NCBI RefSeq assembly: GCF_009914755.1
Contig: NC_060927.1
Source of the DNA: the human T2T-CHM13v2.0 reference genome, Homo sapiens
Length of the DNA stretch: 64,000 bases
Direction: 5' to 3' (one strand)
How positions within the stretch are numbered: position 1 is the stretch's first letter; each line of letters opens with the position of its first letter. The translations under genes were made by a program, and so were the position numbers. The notes under the pieces were generated by a model. It worked only from the letters and a program-made list of their open reading frames with translations. It was not told where the DNA came from and did no database searches. Below are positions 54,576-64,000 of the stretch, piece after piece.

Positions 54576-54918
54576 TGCAGAGGACGCAGTGTGACTATGC
54601 CCATTTTACCAATGAGAGGGTTCTTAGAGAAGGTGACAACTTGTCCAGAGTTGATGGCAAAGCCAAAGGAAGAAAGAAGATTATGTACAATATGTTCCAT
54701 TTTAGACAATTGAGCATGCTACTTGGCTTTCTCTTTCTCTGTCTCCATCTGGTTGGTGTAACCACCAATATACACATACAAATACATCTACACATGCTCA
54801 GTAACAAGGGTGTACACATAAACACAAACTCAAAAAATTGTTAAACCCCATCACTTTTTCTGCCTCCCTATTCTTATTTTCCTTAAACCATTTGTGTCAG
54901 TCGGAGGCTGTTATCTAG

Positions 54919-55261
<343 letters not shown>

Positions 55262-57974
55262 CAACTTGATCCTTCTCTTACAACCTCTCTTGAATATGTT
55301 ATTTTCCTTCCCTCTCTACTATAATCCCTCTAGCCTACTGAGAAGCCCTCTGATGTTTCTCCTCCTCTCCAGACTTTCTTCTTCAGTGTGTCCTATACAA
55401 CATTGTTGAATTGACTTCATTCATCATTATACACCCTGTTCAAAAATGTCAGTTGCTTCTCACTACCTAAAGTCTCACCTCCTTACTCCTCCATTCAGGC
55501 CCTTTGGAGGAAACTCCAAAATTATTTTTCTTTATAATCCTTCCCCCCAATTGATTTAATCTTTATTCATTCTTACCTTCCCATTTGAACATTTTAATTG
55601 TACTTTGAGAGTTGACAAAGTCATGTGTAATATTTACAACAACCTTGCGAGGTTGGTATTTTTATTTTTACATTTCACAGAGGAATGAATAGATCCATTA
55701 TCAAGGAGAAAAAGTCCACAGCAGAGTACTATCACTCTCAACTGTTTAAATAAACCTGTACTTTTACTTCAAGATACCTATTTTACAAGAAAATTTATGT
55801 ATCATGGCCAGAAATGAAAAACTCCCGATCACTCATGATGCGCTCTGTCTTTGTTAAGGGAAGATCAGAGTAGTAAAGACACAAAGATGAAGGCTTTCTC
55901 CTGCCTGTTATTACGAACAATGGAAGAGGCAGTTTGTTTCTATGTGACTCAATTTTGTCATTTATACACCACATAAACTAATTCACATTCTAGTGATACA
56001 GGTTTTATAACTTGGGGATGAATGCATTGTTGAAATGCATAACATCTTGAACAAAGTTAACAACCTATGGTGCTTGTCTTGAACTCTGGTGTCGCTCCCT
56101 TTCCAGCAGACACTACTGCACTTATCCTTCTTTTTTCATCCAAAATTCATTTCTGACGTGGTTTTATTTTTCCCTTACACTCTGCATTCCAGACCACATT
56201 TCTTCCTATGTTTCCATATATAAGGGAGAGAAAGAAGCTAAATTTTTGGAATAAGCAATTTCTCTACAGGGAGTCTCAAGGCTGTACTCATATCAAAACT
56301 AAATAACCTCTCATTCTAAGGGATGTTGGTCCCTCAGGCCAGAGCTTAGGTCATTAGGAGGGCAGGAGGGGGAAGCATAGAAACTGCTTCCATCCATCCT
56401 ATCCTGGTCCACACACAGACAGACACTCTCGGCCTCCTTTAGTATTGGGCCAAGCAGGCTTCTCCAGCTTCAAGAGTCACCTCACAAATTCTGACTTCCT
56501 TTGTATGGGTTTCCAAGAATTTAAGGATCTTCCCCTTTGTCAACTGATGCAATGCATGGAAAACCCTTTGTCAATGGGAAAGTGGCCTAATCAAATATGA
56601 TGTCTTATGTATTGCATATTTTCCACTGTTCAGTTTTTATAAAACTGTATCCAGGAAGGATCCAAATAGACATCTTGAGAAATGATTGCAGCTTGTGATA
56701 GATACATTTCTCTTCTGCTTGTTGTCAGCCATATTCACTTAGAGCTTGATAAAAGTAGATCGACTGTGATCTTAAACATTCAGACGCTCTATGTAAGATC
56801 ACAAACTTAATTCAATATGCATTATAAAGGGGAGGAGTGGAAGAAACTTTTCACTTATTAAATTTTCCACAAAGCTGGTAGATTTTTAAAAATAAAGTTC
56901 ATATTTAATAGAAATTAAATATCTAGCATGTTCATACAATTTAAAGTATCAAGCTTAGTATTAAAAGTAAGTACCAAATATAGCAAGATATTGTCAAAGA
57001 AATTCAAGCTGCAAATACTATAAAGAAGCTACAGGGAATTGTCCAGGGTAGGTTATAGGTGATACCACATTTAGCAGTAAATTTTGTTTGCACTGTAGCC
57101 TTAGTCTGGAGAGAAAGGAGGAAAATGGCTAAGACATTCTGGATATTAAAAATAAAAACAGCAGCAAAAGAAATGATCTAGTGAAACTTTGGAACTGAGT
57201 TCAAAAGCAGACCATAAAGCAGTTAATCGCTTCTTCTCTCCCTAGTCACGCTAGACTGTAGTGAGAATTACTGTAAGATTTTTGCAGCTAATTGAAGCAA
57301 AGGGGACACAGTCAATGTGCTGTTTTCTTTGGTGCAGAACGTTCTTGGTATTTTTGCTGCCACTTGAAATCAAATCCCAGCTGCATTCATTTAAATAACC
57401 CATGAGCCCAGGACACTATTTGGGCCAATTTGCATGTGTGAGTGATTCTACCCCAGGTGGTATCCATTTGGTGAATGATTACCTGGCCACAGACTGGCTT
57501 TCACCACTGGAGATGCTTCCATTCTTGATCATCCATTGTACTCCCTGTACCAGAAACAATAACAGAAGAGAGCCAAGCAGAACTGTCTCAGAGCTGTCAC
57601 CTTCTAAGAGAAATTATCTTTTGGAACTTTCCTCTTCTGTTCTTTTTTTTTTTCTTCTCCCCTACAGATTGAAATTTCTGCTTTGAATTGTCCCTGTAGA
57701 AATTTGAGACATTGATCTTCATTCCACTTGTTCTCTTCTTCTTAGCCCTCCCTTTTATGCAAGTTTCAACCAACAACTATTTTCCAAAAGGCAGAAGACC
57801 TCTACTATTTCCCAGCCCTCATACTTCACCTATATTTGGAGACCTTAATTTCTGGAACAGTACTCCCATGAACCAATGATGATAACTCATTCATACTGTT
57901 CCGCCACTGAGGCAACGCTTCATAATGTCAAAGGGCATGCAGTTGCCTGGACCAGCAGAGAAGCCTTTTCAGCT

Positions 57975-58220
57975 GTTGCACGTAGTGGATTAGAGCTCAG
58001 ATTTAGAGCCAACTTCAATTTCAAATATCAGCTTCACCCACTGTAGGCTGTGGTATCCCATTCAGGTTCCTTAGAGTGTCTCACCCTGTTTTTTCATTCA
58101 CCAAAATGGTTAGTAAGACCTCCCTCACGGGGATGCTGTGAGGTTGAAATGAGATCTGTGTGTAAAGCACTGAGCACAATGGTGGACACTTGGCAAATGC
58201 TCAGTGAAGCTGGCTTTATT
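57975..58220 (+). mobile_element. MIR SINE
   Basis: gctgtgaggttgaaatgagatctgtgtgtaaagcactgagcacaatg..acacttggcaaatgctcagtgaa. Confidence 0.8.
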
Positions 58221-59009
58221 AACAAGGGGCTATCCAAGAGACAGAGTATCCTTTTTCCCTGTTACCATCAGTCACCTCTCAACCACAAAGAGTTCCCTTT
58301 TCCAAAAGGCCAGGTCTGTCCACAGATGTCTTTATTGTGTTCTTGTATATGTTGTCTGACAAAACCAAGCTGCAAGGAGGTTTGGCTCAACAAAATGGCA
58401 TGCCATCATTTATTAAACTTTGGCAAAAGAGGATTCTGTTCTCCATAATTCACATCCACTTGAAATAATTTCACTTGACTTCATTAAGCTTGAAGGATTG
58501 CACTTTTCCTTCACCCCTTTCTTCCTCGTAGTTACTTAGCCTTTACAACTCAAAAGATAATTGCTGTATTAACAAATGTTTATAGCATAATAAAGGAGTG
58601 GGAGGAAGGCGAAGGATTTTTTTTCTATCTGGGCTATTCCCTTTGGTTTCTTGGAAGTACTGGATAGCAATGGAATAAGTCATAGATAATTTTTGGAAAT
58701 CAACCAAAGGATTAATTTTCCAGCCACCAGTAAACAGTTCTTAACCGGAGACCCTAAGACCTTGTGGGGAATGAGGCTACCAGGAATTCCTAGTGGCTAA
58801 AAGGATGTCACCACAACTCTGAGCTGGGAAGAAATCCTGACTTTACTGGAAATCAGGAAAAGACTCTGGAAGGTACTGGTAGGGCCTGTGGAAATCCCCC
58901 TCTCAGTCCTTGGGTTGGGGGATTTAAGAGAACCTTCTAGAGAATGCTCCCCTTTTCTTTAGGCTAATGAAGCATTGAGCTATTTACATAGAAATCTCAT
59001 TTAACTGTG

Positions 59010-59387
59010 TGTTACAGGCTGTAATGTCCCCCTTGCCCCAAATTTATATGTTGAAGACCTATCCCCCAGGACTTATGAACATAACTACGTTTGGAAATAT
59101 GGTCTTTAAAGAAGCAATCTAGCTAAAATGAAATCATTAATCCAATAGGACTAACATCCTTATGAGAAGACAAGATTAGGACACAGGCATGAACTGGGGG
59201 AAGACCATGTAAAGACACTCAAAGAACTGACCCTACCACCCCCTCGAGAGAGGCCTCAGAAGAAGCAACCCTCCTGGCACCTTGATTTCACACTGCTAGC
59301 CTCCAGAACCATGAGAAAATGGATTTCTGTTGTTTAAACCACCCAGTCTATGGTGTTTTGTTATGGCAGCCCTAGCAAACTAATCCA
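59010..59387 (+). mobile_element. MaLR solo LTR (MLT1B-like)
   Basis: tgttacaggctg...gcagccctagcaaactaatcca. Perfect 5-bp TSD ctgtg at 59005-59009 and 59388-59392. Confidence 0.9.
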
Positions 59388-62064
59388 CTGTGTGGAGGGA
59401 CACAGGAAACACGCCTTCATGACTGGGGAAGATGATTCCTTCATGGTCCCTTTAAAATGTTCAAAAGGCTTTACAAGGAGTATCTCTGATACTAGGAAAC
59501 TCAAAGTGGGTACATGGTAAAAAAGGTTCAGGAGTCAGAAGTGATCCTGCTCATGCAGTTCACCTCCTTGCAGTGACTTTGCTCTGTTGGTTGATAACTG
59601 GAGTCCTGGGCTGTCTTTCCTCTCTCTGTATATATAAGGGCCATTGACAGTGAGGGATGCACTTAGCGCTCTGCTCAGTCCTTGGCTTTTCCCTCTCTCT
59701 CCCCTCTTCTCTTGCTTTCCCCAGAACATAAACTTTGATTAGTCTTTGACCCAGCCATAATGTTTTCCTTGGGAATTATAAGTGAAATTATATCATCGCC
59801 AGTGTTCGAGCCCTCTCCTCACCTCTCTGACCCTGAAGTTTTCTATGAGCTTGCTCACATGATAGGGAAATGATGGCAAGAGCTTTGGTAAAGAGACAAA
59901 TTTTGCCCTACAACAGATCACTTATGTCATACTTGGGCAAATCTTTCTGAAATCCCTCAGTTTCCCCTTCTGAAAAATATAGAGTTGAGGCAAAACTATC
60001 TTTAATATCCCTCCAGCATTACCATGCAATGATTATAATCCATCTGCCTCACAAAAATGTACACAAATATACTCATAGATACACACATATATATCTTCCC
60101 TCAGGTCATGAATGCACAGCTCATTCTTGAAGATCAGTTCGAGTTCAAGCATGGAACGCTGTGCATTCTGTAAAATAATGTAAGCAATAAACTGCACTTG
60201 CAGAAACCAGTCATTAATGGTCCCAAATAGAAAAATAAACTTTTCTTTGTACTCATGTTTTCAAGTGCTGTAAAAATGCTTGCCCTAAGTCTCAGATATA
60301 ATAAGTCATAATTTAAGAGATATGGGTAAAAATGCTTGAGCCAGATGTTTGCTTTTTTTTTTTTTTTTTTGAACACACACGGCTTGTTTGCCTTTTACCC
60401 ACTGCAGCAGTTCAGCCTCAGAGGATAACTAAGAAAAACCTCTGAGATTGTTAGAGGGGAGCTTCACCTGCCAGTCTGGGCTGCAGGATCTCTATAGCAA
60501 CCAAACATAAATCAAGGAAATGGCCCCTTTTGTAAGTTGGTTAATAGGCACAACATGCTTCTTTAGAAAATCCAACCATTCTTTCAATGGACTTTGATTG
60601 AAAGTCAGCCTTTTCTTCAGACATATTCACATTCACATCTAGTAGCAGCTTGTATGGCTGTCCACGGGCTAATTTATTACCCTTTAAAGATCTGGCAAAG
60701 AAAAAATGGCTCTCAGAACAATGTTTACATTCAGAGGCATAAGCACAGAGGCACAAAAGAACATCCTTTTGTTCTGAACTTGGAATATTAATCTTTAACC
60801 CAGGACTTTAACTTTCCCTCTCTTATGGGGATTGACAGAACCACTCCTCTCACTAAAATTTTACCAATTTAATACAACGTTGTTTCTAACATGTGAGAAG
60901 GGGGTAGTGAGTCTTCCTCCCACTTTTTTTTTTTTTGCCAAACCTTGATAGAGATTAATTGTTTCTCAAACTCCCCATCCTTTTCTTGAAGAATACCCTG
61001 CTTCAGGGGTTGCTGATGAGCAGAGTTGGCTCTCTTGTCCCCAGTAGGAGAATTTGACAAATTAACAAAAATACAAAGACTGTTCTTCACTGCTGGCGAT
61101 GCAGCGAGTTTAGGGCCATTGGATGGTGAGATAGCCCCTTCCCACCCTCACCCCACCAAAATGTAATTTGGAAATGTGTCCAAGAAATGTCCCACATTGA
61201 GCAAGTCCTCCCCGATGTCACAGAGTCTAAAGGCAAAGTGGGGCACACACAGCATTTTCTTTCATGTGGGCAGGGACATGTCACTAAGTGAATGGTGAGC
61301 TTTCTCTCAAAGAGGGGAGCCAAATGCTATGCCCCGTCTTCCTTTGAGGTAGGAAGAAGAGATGGGGAAAAGCCTATAGAAACAAACCTTTGTAGTTTTT
61401 GTTAAAGTAGATTATAAGATGAAAAAGTTCTTCTAAAACAAGAGAGAGCTTGCGTTGCTCTATGTAGCTTCATATCCCTGACAGAGTTAGGCAAAGAAAG
61501 ATTTATATTAATGCCTTCCTCTTTAGCTTTCTTAATCCTCAGAAACCAAAGTCTCCAGAAGCTAGACTCCTCAGGAGCTCCTTTCCCTTTGATATGGTCA
61601 GCTGTCCCCACTGGCAAGTGGGGAAGAAAGAGCCCTGCGTTGGTTTCAAAATGGGCATGTTTAAACGTGCCCTTGATTTTAGCTGCAGGCCTGTGTTATG
61701 AGAAAACATGGTCCTGCCCTATTCGAGGCTGGTCACTTAGAAATAGCTTTTGCCTTAGTGTCAGCCTGAAAATACCTTTGGGGTCTGTGAAACTGAAGAC
61801 GCTCCCAAAATTTAATGCAAACTAAGCATGATGTGTTCTCCGTGAGAGCCAAAAAGATCCTAGACACTCAGTAAAGGAGGTTGGTTTTGTTTTTTGTGTG
61901 TTATTTTTAATTTTTTTCCTGTGGCTGAGAATCCAATGCAGACAAAAGATTAGCTCTCCTAGTTATTCACAGCCTGGCTGTGCAGTCACGCAACCAGATC
62001 AGACACGTTATGTAGAATTTTTCGCCATATACCTGTATCTGTATTCTGATACGTTACGGAGAAG

Positions 62065-62310
62065 CAGTACAGTACTGTAGTTAAAAATGTGGGCAAAGGC
62101 TCTGAATTTTCAGTGTTCAAATGCCAGTTATGCCACTTACTGGCCGTGTCAGTCTGGGCAGTGAGCACCTATCTGTACTCAGTTTTGTCATTTGTAAGAT
62201 GAGGCTATAATAATACCTACTTCATAAAGTCCTTAAGAGTTGATGTTTTATAATGAACCACTTAGACCAGTGCCTGGCATATCACAAGCCCTCAAACGTT
62301 CATTGTTATT
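62065..62310 (+). mobile_element. MIR SINE
   Basis: gttcaaatgccagttatgccacttactggccgtgt...tcagttttgtcatttgtaagatgagg...cagtgcctggcat. Confidence 0.85.
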
Positions 62311-63256
62311 AACATTTTTAATGCTTCTTTTTGTAGTTGATGCTATTGTATTGTTGACGATGGGAAGAATGCCTATTACCCAACATACAACACAGCATTT
62401 TCCAATTTCAGATGATATTTTGCAGAACACTGGACAAGAGAAAAAGAATTTCCCAAGGCTAGAGTTACTCCATTTAAAAAAAAAAAAAAAAAAAAAAGTT
62501 CAGAGATAGGAAGCAGCTGTCTATGACAATAACTAATCCCATTTGCCTAAAACCATCATCACCTAGTATCTCTATCTTTGCTTTCGTCTGATTAAATGGA
62601 AATGTCTCAGGTTTAGGAGTTCTGGCTAAAAAGGTGGTATGTGTTTGTCTTCTGCCTGTTCTCTGCCACCAAAATGAAGAACTGGTTCTGCTCACCTACC
62701 CTAGCCAGCCTCACAGGGTCACAACCTAGTTGCATTTTTGAAATTCAAGCCAAGAATGCTGGAGCTCAATTTCACATGTGTCGTAACTGGGAGTGGCTAC
62801 TCATGGCTCATCGGTTGTCTGCGCCCTTCTCATTTGTTCTAAGGGCTTTGTTACTTTGAATAAGCCTTCTTAGCTTCAGCCCAAGTATCACAGAGACAAT
62901 AACTTCAGAGGAGGTAAGGAGGGGATGTTCACCGAAGGATTCACCGAGGAAAATGCAGCCTGTTTCCCAGGAAAGAGCTCCACATCTGTAAGAATTCCAT
63001 GAACAAGTCAGAACTTGCCAAAAGGATCAGCATAATCAAAAAACCAAAGAGGACTGAGATAAACCAAAAAACACCATATGTTGATTATGTTGTCATTCGT
63101 TAAGAATTAAGTTTATAAACCTTGGGTACTCACTGAGAAGCAGCATATTCTAGTAGGAAAAGTCCAGGTTTTGAAGAGAGACATTTGAACCCCAGGAACT
63201 TAACTTTAGTACTTACCGCATGGCCTTAGGCAAGTCCTGGTCGTGAATTCATTCTC

Positions 63257-63630
63257 TCTACCAGTCAGCATCCAATAAGGAAAAATAAATGCCATTCCAG
63301 CTATTTCTAGCAGAAGGAATTGAGTATGGGGAGTTGGTCATACAGTTGATGTAAGAGCTAAAAGAGGAAACTGCAGAATGGGGCCACCCAGACATTAGCT
63401 ACAACAGAAAGCCACTACCCCTCTCCCAACCCAGGCTGAAGGGACTACAGGAAGAGATGGTGCTGTTGGAGGTTAAGATCTGGGGCAGACAGTGGGAGCT
63501 AAAACCACAGAGGAAATTCAGTCACTGTGGGAGAAGCCACCTAAGGCAGAGGGAGAGAGGAGAGAGACCATAGCTTCCTAGAAGTCAGTTGGCAACATAT
63601 TCGTGGCCTCCCAGTCTTTTCTCCTACTGT
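63257..63630 (-). mobile_element. ERVL LTR fragment (LTR33-like)
   Basis: taccagtcagcatccaataaggaaaa..gccacccagacattagctacaacagaaagccactacc matches the recalled antisense LTR33. Confidence 0.72.
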
Positions 63631-64000
63631 TTCTGTAAAAGAAGAGAGAGGAGGAGGAGGGAGTGGAGGGGGGAAGGAGGAGGAAAAATCACCAGCTTTG
63701 CAGATTTGCTCTCAGATTCATTCCCTGCCTTTACCCTGCTCTGCTCTTTATCACAGGGTATCGAGGTGTATACACAGATAATAGTGCCCCAGTTAGCCCT
63801 GTACTATGTGATTAGTCCTGCTGTGTCTCATGGAAAAAGTATTTCTGCTTTTTTCTCGAAAGACAATCTGTCCATTTTCCCAAAAGAGTAATATGTTACC
63901 CAAATTATATAGACTATGTGTTACCACTTAACGTGTAACTCTCATATGCTAGAGGGGCAACATGGTACAGTAGTTAAGAGCAAGAGCTCTTAAGTACTTG

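Noticed and set aside
58050-58448. 132-aa ORF
   Set aside because: It starts inside a MIR, has a non-ATG start and has no recognisable family.

Overview
This is AT-rich primate genomic DNA, probably catarrhine given AluY and L1PA4/5-type copies. I found no recognisable protein-coding exon, RNA gene or CpG island. ORFs with recognisable protein similarity come from retroelements; the rest look like chance frames. The first ~21.6 kb is mostly LINE-1 on the minus strand, in two nested stacks. In the first, an old L1M holds a Tigger4-type MITE, which holds an AluS. In the second, an L1MB holds a full-length L1MA, which holds an AluS and a full-length L1PA7-like element; most inserts keep readable target-site duplications (TSDs). 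The remaining ~42 kb mixes ancient repeats (L2, MIR, L3/CR1, MaLR and ERV LTRs, hAT and Tc1/mariner MITEs) with unique sequence. The most unusual structures are: a 190-bp fold-back (56-bp arms, 53/56 identical) built from local sequence at the end of an MLT1F LTR (53237-53426); a 96-bp MADE1 hairpin of the miR-548 type with a duplicated loop; a duplicated 53-bp splice-acceptor-like unit in unique DNA; and a tiny 5'-inverted L1MA insertion. I see no evidence for a new multi-gene system. Repeat subfamily names come from recalled consensus sequences, not a database search. Boundaries without a TSD are approximate.
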